21,484 nt of DNA from Leptolyngbyaceae cyanobacterium (GCA_050331235.1 JBHJHA010000107.1:1-21484), one strand, 5' to 3'; positions 1 to 8,224 are shown, counted from the stretch's first letter. Made by a program: numbers and translations. Notes: generated by a model not told the origin, from the letters alone.

Positions 1-52
1 AGAAAACCATCGAAATCATCATCAAGAAGGCGGCCTTCTGGAGAGGTGGCAT
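1..52 (-). CDS. Possible 5' end of a membrane protein running off the window edge (MPPLQKAAFLMMISMVF...)
   Basis: ATG at 52-50 on the minus strand opens a frame with a hydrophobic N-terminus that runs to the edge. Only 17 codons are visible. Confidence 0.2.
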   Translation of the reverse strand, partial: MPPLQKAAFLMMISMVF

Positions 53-727
53 GGCGCTGCTTAACCCGTAAGCGATGGAACCGCACCCTTGAGGCCGCTA
101 CAGCCTGGGTGCTAAAACGACCATTTATTATGGCTCAGTTAGGTATTTGTAGCACAGCTAAAATAGTCTGATTGAGGCCGCCGCGATCGCTCTTTTCTTA
201 GATGAGTATTCAATTCTGATACTTAGCGTTCTACCAATCCAGATGGTAGAAGCTTTATGCGCTTCCAGCCTATTGTTGGAAATTTGCAGTAGCCAAATTA
301 CGACATTGGAAAGATGGGCTAGAGCACATCATTGACGGTTCACTATTAACGGTTCATTCCTGGCAGTACGCGCAGCCTACACCGGCTTATGCAGTCAAAA
401 ATGGCAAACACTACCGGCAGGGTAAGGATCTCCCTTGCTTCCTTATCGAGGGAGGATGGCAAAACTGGGGAACTCTTTCAATCGTCTAAAACGTCATTCA
501 TCGCGTACGTTCTACGACAAACGCAACCTGCTCAGTGAGGCGAGAAGACCGTGTAGCAAAAGCCTTGAGATACCCCTGATTATACGTACTTTGCTAATCC
601 CTATGAGAGGCTGAGATCCGTAAATGTACTAGGCTTTCGAAAACATCCGGATACCGACTTCCCATCTCCGAATTGACAATTGGTTTTCTCAGCCTCAATC
701 TGCTTGACCCGCTAGTTGGTAATCTCT

Positions 728-1594
728 ATGAGTCTAGTTGCCTGGGATCGGCTCTCGGCCCGCCTTGTCAAGCGAGACGTGCACCGGACCATTGGCCGAT
801 TTGGTCGGATACGCCGAGCTTACAGTGTCCTGCAAAGCCGTCGGCAGCGTCACCATGAAACACACCACAAAAGTCGGCTAGCTCCCAATTCAACATCGCT
901 CTTTCCACATGTCTCCGTTTCTCAAAGTACCCAGGACTTGAGAGAACACAGCATCTTTGTAGGTTTAAACCTATCCCAACCCATAGTGGAAGAGATTTAT
1001 CAGTTTGCTTGCACAAGCCCGCTTTATGAACCAGGCTTTGAGGGAGATTTTTATGCCTCAGAAGTTATCGATGGTTTTTTGTGTAGTGGTCGCCCTACGA
1101 TGCGAGGGCTGGTTAAAAATCCCTCCCATTGCCTAGCTATTGAAACTATCGCAAAAGATCCAGTATTACTGGAGATCGTTCATAGCTACTTAAAATACTG
1201 GCCTACCCAAGTCACTCGACATTTGACCTGGACCTTTGCCTCTAAGCTGCCAATAGATGAACAGCGCGATCGCTTTTTGCCGCTCAATTATCATTACGAT
1301 GTCGCTGGTTACAACTTTATGTCAGTCTACTTTTATATCACTGACATGGATGAGTTTTCTGGAGCTCATGTAATGATTACTGGGTCCCATGATGACAAAC
1401 CCTTTCACACTTTATTTGCCCCTTGGTCCGGTAAACAAACGGATGCGGAAATATTAGACCACTATGGAAAAGGTCGGGAGCTGCTAATTGAAGGTAAAGC
1501 AGGCTTTGGCTTTGCCCAAGATCCCTCTTGCTTTCATAAGCTATTGCCGCCAATTCGGCAAAACCGCTTGATTTTTCAAATCCGCTATGCCTAG
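728..1594 (+). CDS. Phytanoyl-CoA dioxygenase (PhyH)-like 2OG-Fe(II) oxygenase-fold protein
   Basis: HxD motif (NYHYD), then YFYITDMDEFSGAHVMITGSH, a distal His (CFHK) and C-terminal NRLIFQIRY, matching the PhyH-type facial triad layout. Start ATG 728 (TTG 716 alternative). Confidence 0.7.
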   Translation: MSLVAWDRLSARLVKRDVHRTIGRFGRIRRAYSVLQSRRQRHHETHHKSRLAPNSTSLFPHVSVSQSTQDLREHSIFVGLNLSQPIVEEIYQFACTSPLYEPGFEGDFYASEVIDGFLCSGRPTMRGLVKNPSHCLAIETIAKDPVLLEIVHSYLKYWPTQVTRHLTWTFASKLPIDEQRDRFLPLNYHYDVAGYNFMSVYFYITDMDEFSGAHVMITGSHDDKPFHTLFAPWSGKQTDAEILDHYGKGRELLIEGKAGFGFAQDPSCFHKLLPPIRQNRLIFQIRYA

Positions 1595-1630
1595 ATCGAT
1601 TGCTCAAGCGTAAGGTTTTAATTGTGATTT

Positions 1631-1664
1631 TTCCATATAGTTTTTGTTTTTATATGGAATTTTT
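1631..1664 (+). terminator. Weak AT-rich hairpin with T-tract
   Basis: TTCCATATA (1631-1639) / TATATGGAA (1651-1659) followed by TTTTT, downstream of the 1594 stop. Confidence 0.3.
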
Positions 1665-1756
1665 GTGATTCTTATATAAGGATGTAGTCTGTGCATCCTT
1701 GAGTATGGAGTAAGGCGATCTACAGGATTTTTTGATCACTCAGACAGCGAGCATAT

Positions 1757-2671
1757 ATGCCGGCTGATAACATCACAACTACCTCTCCAGTTAAGCTTAA
1801 TTTTCTTGAGGAATGTCTCAAGTCGTCTGTTGCTTGGACCTATGTCGAGGGCCTTTTATGTACTTCAATTTCTCCCAAAAACATCACTCTTGGGCTCGGT
1901 GCTAACGCTGAGTATTTTGGCCATCCGCAGTGGGCTACGCAGTATTTTGAAGCTTGCCATCGCGATGCGGCTTTTATTGATCGCTGGCGGTACGCGATCG
2001 GCAATTGGAATGGCAAGGTAGTTGTTGACATTGGCTGTGGACCCGGCAATGTGTTTGCCTCGTTAGGGGGGCAACCGGCAGAGCTCATTGGTGTTGATGT
2101 CAGCTTTCAGGGGCTCAAGATGGCTGCTAAGTTGGGCTACCAGCCTCTGTTAGCGGATGCGCAGGCACTTCCCCTGCGATCGGCTATTGCCGATGTCGTT
2201 GTCATGAATGCCACCCTGCACCATTGCGACGATATGATTGGCGCCCTCTCGGAAGCGGCTCGCCTCGTGAAACCTGGTGGCCGCTTAGTGTGTGACCATG
2301 ATTTGCAAAAGTCTGCTTGGGACTTTAAGGGCTTGGCTTATGCTCTTTGGCAAGGACGCCTACCACTTTATCGTTTGATGAAGCGCGGTGGTCACGCTTC
2401 AACGCGGGAACAGCAATGTGCTCTAGCGGGTGAGGTGCATCATCTTCCCGGTGACGGACTGACGGTTGAGTTTTATCATTCGGTGCTGTCGCGGATGGGA
2501 TTTACGACCCAGGTGTACCCTCATAATCACAGTTTGGGGGCTGAGATCTTTACAGGGAAAGTGGGTATCGCACCGCTTAAATATCGGCTAGCCCAACGGC
2601 TTTCCGGCATTGATCCGACCTCGCAGGCGGGTGCTTTGTCGTTGATGTGTGTAGCTCATCGATCGCTCTGA
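1757..2671 (+). CDS. Class I SAM-dependent methyltransferase (Methyltransf_11-like)
   Basis: Motif I VVVDIGCGPG, IGVDVS, ADAQALP, NATLHH, RLVKPGGRL. Confidence 0.9.
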   Translation: MPADNITTTSPVKLNFLEECLKSSVAWTYVEGLLCTSISPKNITLGLGANAEYFGHPQWATQYFEACHRDAAFIDRWRYAIGNWNGKVVVDIGCGPGNVFASLGGQPAELIGVDVSFQGLKMAAKLGYQPLLADAQALPLRSAIADVVVMNATLHHCDDMIGALSEAARLVKPGGRLVCDHDLQKSAWDFKGLAYALWQGRLPLYRLMKRGGHASTREQQCALAGEVHHLPGDGLTVEFYHSVLSRMGFTTQVYPHNHSLGAEIFTGKVGIAPLKYRLAQRLSGIDPTSQAGALSLMCVAHRSL

Positions 2672-2826
2672 CCAGGCTCGCCCCGACTGAAGAGAACTAC
2701 ACTGAAAGAGGCGTCCATTTTGCTGCGAAGCAGCAACTCCAGGGCCGATGGAGGGCTCTAAATTAGTCGATGGGCCCATATTAAGAGCGATGGATGCTTC
2801 GTTCATCTTGGTTGGAGGCAAGGCAT

Positions 2827-3696
2827 ATGAGTAGCGCAATTCAACTGGTCATCGAGCCCCATGTGCAAGATCTGGGCGGCTTTGAGGCGCGGCGGTTGTT
2901 GCCCAGTGAGCAAACAAAGATGGTGGGGCCGTTCATTTTCTTTGACCATTTAGGTCCGGCTAACTTTCCTCCTGGTAAAGGAATCGATGTACGCCCCCAT
3001 CCCCATATCAATTTGGCCACCGTTACCTATCTGTTTGACGGAGTGCTCCTCCATCGTGATAGCTTGGGCACGATTCAAGAAATTCGTCCCGGCGCGGTGA
3101 ACTGGATGATTGCCGGCAAGGGCATTTCGCACTCTGAGCGATCGCCAGATACCGATAGAGCAGTCGCGTCAACCCTTCATGGCATCCAAACTTGGGTCGC
3201 TTTACCAGATGATGCGGAAGAGACAGAACCGTCTTTTTCCCACTATGTTGCCGCCGACATTCCCACATGGCAAGTGCAGGGAGTCACTGTCAAATTGATT
3301 GCGGGGCAAGCCTATGGTTGTGTTTCCCCTGTCAAGACGTTCTCGTCAATCTTGTACCTTGATCTGCACTTTCCACCTAACAGCCAGTTTTTGTTAGAAA
3401 CAGACCATCGCGATCGCGCTGTTTACACTGTCACTCCTGGCATCACCGTGGCTGGGCAGGTCATTCCCCAACATCGACTGGTGATTCTCCCTTATGGTCA
3501 GGCTATCGCGATCGGCGCTACCGAGCCGGGACGGTGCATCGTCATCGGAGGTGCACCTTTAGGAACTCGCTATAAATGGTGGAATTTTGTCTCCAGCCGC
3601 TTGGACCGCATCGAGCAGGCAAAAAAAGACTGGCAGGCCGGTCGCTTTGGTCAAGTTCCCGAAGAAACTGAGTTTATTCCCTTACCCGAAAGCTAG
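2827..3696 (+). CDS. Pirin family protein
   Basis: GPFIFFDH, DVRPHPHINLATVTYLFDG, HRDSLG, VNWMIAGKGISHSE, WWNFVSS. ATG 2827 has GGAGG upstream, so it is preferred to 2794. Confidence 0.95.
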   Translation: MSSAIQLVIEPHVQDLGGFEARRLLPSEQTKMVGPFIFFDHLGPANFPPGKGIDVRPHPHINLATVTYLFDGVLLHRDSLGTIQEIRPGAVNWMIAGKGISHSERSPDTDRAVASTLHGIQTWVALPDDAEETEPSFSHYVAADIPTWQVQGVTVKLIAGQAYGCVSPVKTFSSILYLDLHFPPNSQFLLETDHRDRAVYTVTPGITVAGQVIPQHRLVILPYGQAIAIGATEPGRCIVIGGAPLGTRYKWWNFVSSRLDRIEQAKKDWQAGRFGQVPEETEFIPLPES

Positions 3697-3792
3697 TCGC
3701 GGTTGGTCTGACTGATGACGTTCCGTTTTAATCTGCAAGGAGAAGAGTACTGGCACGGATCGCGATCATGAGAATGCAATAGTGAGGTAGGC

Positions 3793-4311
3793 ATGATTGT
3801 CATTGTGATGGGGGTCTCTGGCTCGGGCAAAACGACCGTGGGCCAGCACCTCGCCCAAACCATGAACTGCTGCTTTATTGAGGGCGACGAGCTGCATCCA
3901 GAGGCCAATGTGGCCAAAATGAGTCGGGGAATTCCGCTTTCTGATAGTGATCGCTGGCCTTGGCTCCATCGCATCCGTCAACGAATTAACAACCTGCAAC
4001 AGCAGAGGCAGTCTGCTGTGATCTCGTGCTCAGCCCTCAAACAAAGTTATCGGGAAGTTTTACAGGCAGATTGGCCTGAGGTGATTCGGTTTGTCTACCT
4101 CAGGGTTAGTTCCCCCACGCTCAAGGCGCGGCTGAAGGAACGTCAGAATCATTTTATGAAAGTCCAAATGCTCGATAGCCAACTGGAAACTTTAGAGGAG
4201 CCTGAAAGCGCTATCACTATCGACGTTGATGATTCTACCAACCCGCATCAAGTGGTGACCCAGGTTTATCATCGACTAGCCCAGTATCTACCATCATCCG
4301 GTTGCCAGTAA
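3793..4311 (+). CDS. gntK: Gluconokinase (GntK/IdnK type)
   Basis: MGVSGSGKTTVG P-loop, EGDELHPEANVAKMSRGIPLSDSDRWPWL, CSALKQSYR, HFM...LDSQLETLEEP. GAGG precedes the start. Confidence 0.93.
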   Translation: MIVIVMGVSGSGKTTVGQHLAQTMNCCFIEGDELHPEANVAKMSRGIPLSDSDRWPWLHRIRQRINNLQQQRQSAVISCSALKQSYREVLQADWPEVIRFVYLRVSSPTLKARLKERQNHFMKVQMLDSQLETLEEPESAITIDVDDSTNPHQVVTQVYHRLAQYLPSSGCQ

Positions 4312-4393
4312 CGCTATTTGCTTATTCTTAGCAGCCCCAATAGGGTAAGATTCAAAACCAGACACTCTTTCCGTTTAACTCTTTTCAGCATTG

Positions 4394-4452
4394 TAGAGAT
4401 TAGCTCAGCTAGTAGAGCGCTGCCGTCTGAAGGACGTTCGCGCCGCAGAGGT
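4394..4452 (+). pseudogene. Degenerate partial copy of tRNA-Ala(CGC) (D arm plus anticodon arm) with a 12-nt insertion
   Basis: 4399-4423 matches 4490-4514 at 24/25 nt and 4436-4452 matches 4515-4531 at 15/17 nt. The insertion CGTCTGAAGGAC lies at 4424-4435. There is no T arm. Confidence 0.85.
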
Positions 4453-4484
4453 GCGCCCCTGCGCTAATCTATCTAAGACAACCT

Positions 4485-4557
4485 GGGGAATTAGCTCAGC
4501 TGGTAGAGCGCTGCGATCGCACCGCAGAGGTCAGGAGTTCGAATCTCCTATTCTCCA
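4485..4557 (+). tRNA. trnA: tRNA-Ala, anticodon CGC (4518-4520)
   Basis: 73-nt cloverleaf: acceptor GGGGAAT/ATTCTCC with the G3:U70 Ala determinant and A73, D arm GCTC/GAGC, anticodon stem CTGCG/CGCAG, T loop TTCGAAT. CCA is not encoded. Confidence 0.98.
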
Positions 4558-4668
4558 TTCCCTTAAAGTCATATACACCAAGGGTTGTATCGCTTATCAA
4601 TAAAGTGATTCAGAGCTTGGTCGAGTGTCTGACACCAGGAGCGGTTACGCCACTTTCAGCCATTTTGG

Positions 4669-4815
4669 TTAGAGTTTGGTCAGAGCCGTGACCAATTCTT
4701 CAACCTGGTGCCATCCGGTCAGCCACTCGGCGCCCAACCGCTCAGGGGCGTAGGCGCGATCGCCGTTTCACAAAGCGGCATCGATGGTCTGAGCCAGCTT
4801 CAGCAAGTTGGGGGG
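4669..4815 (-). pseudogene. Possible remnant of a protein C-terminus
   Basis: Reads PPNLLKLAQTIDAAL*NGDRAYAPERLGAEWLTGWHQVEELVTALTKL* with an internal TGA at 4770-4768. Protein-like helical composition, no start, family not recognised. Confidence 0.3.
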
Positions 4816-5054
4816 TGCCGGTGGCTTGGCTGGCGGTTTGCTCCTCGCCTTACGTTTGGCCTCATTGCTGGTGAAACCTGGCTGCAGTAAGGCTCTCAGG
4901 AAGCTGCCGAGGTTGCGAACTTCTGCCACTTGTGGCTAAGGAATTCCCTGTTATGGAAGAGGTTGTGTTGAAGCGAGATGCTGAGGCAGTCAAGGAGGCT
5001 AGAGGAAGGCGATCGCACCACGTGATGAGATTGTCTAGAGCCTCTCGGCTCAAA

Positions 5055-5891
5055 TCAGGAGCCGACGATGACCATTTCACCAACGGGTTCCTTTGCCTCA
5101 ATGGGCTCGATGGTGATGACAACTTCGGGCGTATTGCCCCACTGATTGACCGGTAGCAACGTAAAAACATTGCCATCTTCATTAGGTAGAAAATCCCCAC
5201 AGGCAACTTTAACTCCATTCACCCTGGCCCACATGCGGTATGTTTTGCCCTGGGCAGGTGTGGCGACATCGCGCATCACGAGCACAGCAGACTCAGCTTC
5301 TGGAGCGATGATCAGGCTACCGCTCGAAGGTATGTCTGGGGCCATGCCCGACATCGCTAGATAGCGATGATCGGGCTGACGCAGTACGCTAACTGCAGCC
5401 TCGTAGCGAGAGAGCTGTTGTTGGGTCTGAGGCAATTCGTTTTGGCGAATATTCGCTAAGGTCGCTTGGGCTTGGGTGAGTTGTTCTCGTAGCTCAGTTA
5501 CTTGCGTCTGAGCCAGGACGAGCTGGCGTTGCAAATGCACTGCCTGGAAGCAGATCCCCACAAATGTCGCAGCGGCGCTGCCCACCACCAGCCAACGAAG
5601 CCGTAATGGCCGCGTCAGTCGCTGAGGCTTTATCTGGGCTGTTTTAGCTTGTACGGCGTTTATGATTTGGGCTTTGACCGCTGGTGCGGGCTGTGCGGGG
5701 GGAGACGTTAAAGCCAGCAGTGCCAACGCGGTTTGAAGCTGCTGAATCTCAGTCATCAGCTCGGGATTTTCTGCTAAAAGTGCAGCGAGCTGCGCCGCTT
5801 CCTCTGGCTGTAGGTTATCTAAAACATAACCGGCCAATAGCTGTTGCCCATCGTGAAGCATTTCAGGGAAATTCACTACTAATTCATCCAA
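5055..5891 (-). CDS. Anti-sigma factor, RskA (anti-sigma-K) family
   Basis: N-terminal LLAGYVLDNLQPEE anti-sigma domain, PAPAVKAQII, one TM helix, a coiled coil, then C-terminal GKTYRMW...VVITIEP...PVGEMV. Overlaps the sigma stop codon. Confidence 0.9.
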   Translation of the reverse strand: MDELVVNFPEMLHDGQQLLAGYVLDNLQPEEAAQLAALLAENPELMTEIQQLQTALALLALTSPPAQPAPAVKAQIINAVQAKTAQIKPQRLTRPLRLRWLVVGSAAATFVGICFQAVHLQRQLVLAQTQVTELREQLTQAQATLANIRQNELPQTQQQLSRYEAAVSVLRQPDHRYLAMSGMAPDIPSSGSLIIAPEAESAVLVMRDVATPAQGKTYRMWARVNGVKVACGDFLPNEDGNVFTLLPVNQWGNTPEVVITIEPIEAKEPVGEMVIVGS

Positions 5892-6469
5892 TCCTGTAGA
5901 AGCTTTCTAAGCTTTAATAAACTTCGCCGAGATTGAGACTTTACAGTTCCAATGGGAATGTTTAGACGTTTTGTAATCTCTGATTGGCTAAGGCCATCAT
6001 AATAAGCCATTTCTAAAACTAGCCGCTGGCTATCTGGCAGTGCTTTTAATGCGTTAGTAACTTGAACGGAAAGTTCTTCTAAGGAGGCGTTCTCAAATGG
6101 AGTATCGCGGCTAGAAGTTTGAGGCTCTTTCAGCCACTGCGTGAGCCGTACCTTGTGAGCGTGGTTGCGCTTGAGTCGATTTAGGACACGCGATCGCGTC
6201 ATTGTTAGTAAAAAGACTATCATCGAACCCCGCGTCGGATCATAAGATGACTTTTGCCACAACTCCACAAAAATATCTTGGGTGATATCTTCTGCTTCTT
6301 GTATATTGCCAAGCATGCGAAGCGCTAATCGATAGACAGCTTCGCCATAGCGCTGATACAAAGTTTCGAGGGCCGATAAAGAACCACTGCGCATTGCCTG
6401 AAAAACGTCTGCATCTTCCACGTGAGTCGAGGTGACTTCAGAAGATTTCATCTGCTGAAGATTTTTCAT
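5879..6469 (-). CDS. ECF (group 4) sigma-70 factor, SigK-like
   Basis: Region 2 LYQRY...EAEDITQDIFVELW..YDPTRGS and region 4 LEMAYYDGLSQSEI..LNIPIGTVKS. Start uncertain (6475 TTG, 6469 ATG or 6451 ATG). Confidence 0.93.
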   Translation of the reverse strand: MKNLQQMKSSEVTSTHVEDADVFQAMRSGSLSALETLYQRYGEAVYRLALRMLGNIQEAEDITQDIFVELWQKSSYDPTRGSMIVFLLTMTRSRVLNRLKRNHAHKVRLTQWLKEPQTSSRDTPFENASLEELSVQVTNALKALPDSQRLVLEMAYYDGLSQSEITKRLNIPIGTVKSQSRRSLLKLRKLLQDWMN

Positions 6470-6770
6470 CTTCAATTTGGGCTCCGCTTAATACCTTTCT
6501 GTTGTACTTTTGCTGAGTTAGACACTGCAATAGAACATAGTTTTGCTGAAAGTATCAAGCAATAAATGAGAGTGAAATAAGAATTTATCTCCTTGATCTC
6601 ATCAACTAGAGGGCCACATAAATCAATAGTAAGAAGTCAATTGTCTTTGACCTGTTTCAGCTAGCTGCTAAAGGTAATTAAAGGCGATTGATTGAAGTTC
6701 CGAAAAGCAATTTTTCCGAATTTATATATGCACCCTATTGACAGCCTGCACACAAGACTGAGGACAGATG

Positions 6771-6815
6771 GCAACTCAATACCAATAAACTTTGGGTCTA
6801 TTGATATTGAGTTGC
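6771..6815 (-). terminator. Long stem-loop 3' of the spondin-domain gene
   Basis: GCAACTCAATA-C-CAATA (6771-6787) / TATTG-A-TATTGAGTTGC (6799-6815). The mismatches become G-U pairs on the minus strand, giving ~20 bp. No U-tract. Confidence 0.5.
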
Positions 6816-6846
6816 TAAGTGTAGAGGTTTACGCTGTCAGCGCTCT

Positions 6847-7938
6847 CTAAACGGCTGAACCGCTATCGAGGCTATTGACGGTCAAGACCATGTCGTTGAA
6901 GTCAAAATCGCCAGCATCTTCAAATTGCCAAACATTTCCTTCTCGCTGAATGCGACTGCTGCCAGTCACGCCATCATCGATGGTAATGAGGTTATCGAGA
7001 TTGCCATTGACCGCTAAAGCTGGTGCGTAGTAAGTGCCCCCCGCTAGGGACAAGGTGAGGCTAGCCGTTGATAAGTTTTCGACAAACAGCTCAGCACCTT
7101 CAATTAAGTTGGCTTGAACGGCGGCTTCATACCCTGTCTCACCAGGCGCAAGGCCATCAACTCTACCCGCTGCATCGGTTTCGTAAAAGCCAAGCAGGTT
7201 ATCAAAGAAAGCTTCTCGACTCAAGGTAAGGTCGGCGGTTACTTCACCGTCAAAGCCAGTGAGATCAATCAACTCTGGCAATGCCTGGGGAGTGGAAGGC
7301 GTTTCAGTAATCGTGATGCGCGCAACTTCATATCCTTCGGTGGTGAAGTCAGCATTAGCAAACTGCGCTGCGCTAAGAATACGGCCACCCGAAATGAATC
7401 CTTCAGCGAGTTGCACTACACCGTTTTCAAGGGTGCCGGTATCAGGCGCAGATTGCCCAAAAAAGGCGGTCGTCTCGGGCAGTTCATCGTTTACTTCGGA
7501 GCCTGCATCCAGCACAGCAGAGCCCAGAATCACAAAATCGGCACCAACAAAATTGCCGGATGCGTCAAAAATTTCGTGGGCCAGTTCGTTCCCGTTGGCA
7601 ACGAAGAAATCGTTGCTGGGCAGCACCATACTTGCATAGTTGAAATAACGGCTGTCTGAACTGCTGTTATCGACGGTAACTTCAAACTCGACGATTTCAC
7701 CGGGACCGATTGGAGCAGCACCGATGGTGCCTTGCACGGTGCCAAAGCCGGCTAACTCAAACTCGCTGGCTAGCAGTGTCGTGGCACCGTCTTCGGCGAC
7801 GCTTTCTAACCCTGGAGATACGGGCCGACCGCGATCATACGTGTCAAAGCCGCCGTCGTGAAAGCCGAACCAAAATGGGGTCAGCGATGTCCCGCTTTCG
7901 GGCGCGAGGTTTTCGATAGAGATGGTTAGCTGAGTCAT
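6847..7938 (-). CDS. Spondin_N domain protein with C-terminal DUF4114-like domain
   Basis: ISIENLAP...TPFWFGFHDGGFD...LESVAEDG...ASMVLPSNDFF...LDAGSEVNDE (bacterial spondin); FFDNLLGFYE...FEDAGDFDFNDMVLTV (DUF4114-like). Very acidic. Confidence 0.85.
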   Translation of the reverse strand: MTQLTISIENLAPESGTSLTPFWFGFHDGGFDTYDRGRPVSPGLESVAEDGATTLLASEFELAGFGTVQGTIGAAPIGPGEIVEFEVTVDNSSSDSRYFNYASMVLPSNDFFVANGNELAHEIFDASGNFVGADFVILGSAVLDAGSEVNDELPETTAFFGQSAPDTGTLENGVVQLAEGFISGGRILSAAQFANADFTTEGYEVARITITETPSTPQALPELIDLTGFDGEVTADLTLSREAFFDNLLGFYETDAAGRVDGLAPGETGYEAAVQANLIEGAELFVENLSTASLTLSLAGGTYYAPALAVNGNLDNLITIDDGVTGSSRIQREGNVWQFEDAGDFDFNDMVLTVNSLDSGSAV

Positions 7939-8061
7939 GGATCTGCTGGGATTTGATTAGTTGTATGAATGAGCACTAATCCCCGTAGCAGGTAAGCCCT
8001 GCACACCTGAACAAGAGGGCAGCTGGTTCAGAGTGTGCTACCTGTGAAAGGATTCAATAAA

Positions 8062-8090
8062 GATACAAAGTCAACTTCAAATCGGATTCA
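8062..8090 (-). promoter_or_regulatory. Candidate ECF-sigma promoter TGAATCC-N16-TGTAT upstream of the spondin gene
   Basis: Minus strand TGAATCC (8090-8084) gatttgaagttgactt TGTATC (8067-8062). It resembles the ATCC...GTA/CGAA-type promoters of RskA-associated ECFs. Inference only. Confidence 0.45.
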
Positions 8091-8224
8091 CTCGTTTGAG
8101 ATTTATGAAAATTGATTAGCTAGACGTCCCGGCTATCATCAAGGCATCAGAATTGGGCTTTGGGCAATAAAGAGTGTGAGCTCTGATGAGATCCAGACTT
8201 ATCTCTTTCTATGAGGAATGACCC

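Noticed and set aside
250..489. ~80-codon stop-free + strand frame (…DGLEHIIDGSLL…WQNWGTLSIV)
   Set aside because: No start codon and no recognisable motif.
4394..4557. CRISPR-like repeat pair or intron-containing tRNA
   Set aside because: Only two units and both are tRNA-derived. The 12-nt insert is far too short for a group I intron, and the copy has no T arm.
4708..5218. ORFs 4708-4890, 4862-5218, 4932-5156
   Set aside because: No motifs; they overlap or are antisense to the anti-sigma gene or the remnant.
7114..7659. 181-aa and 126-aa + strand ORFs
   Set aside because: Antisense shadows of the well-supported spondin gene.
8050..8056. Second TGAATCC on the minus strand as a tandem ECF promoter
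   Set aside because: No GTA-like -10 element at 16-17 nt spacing.
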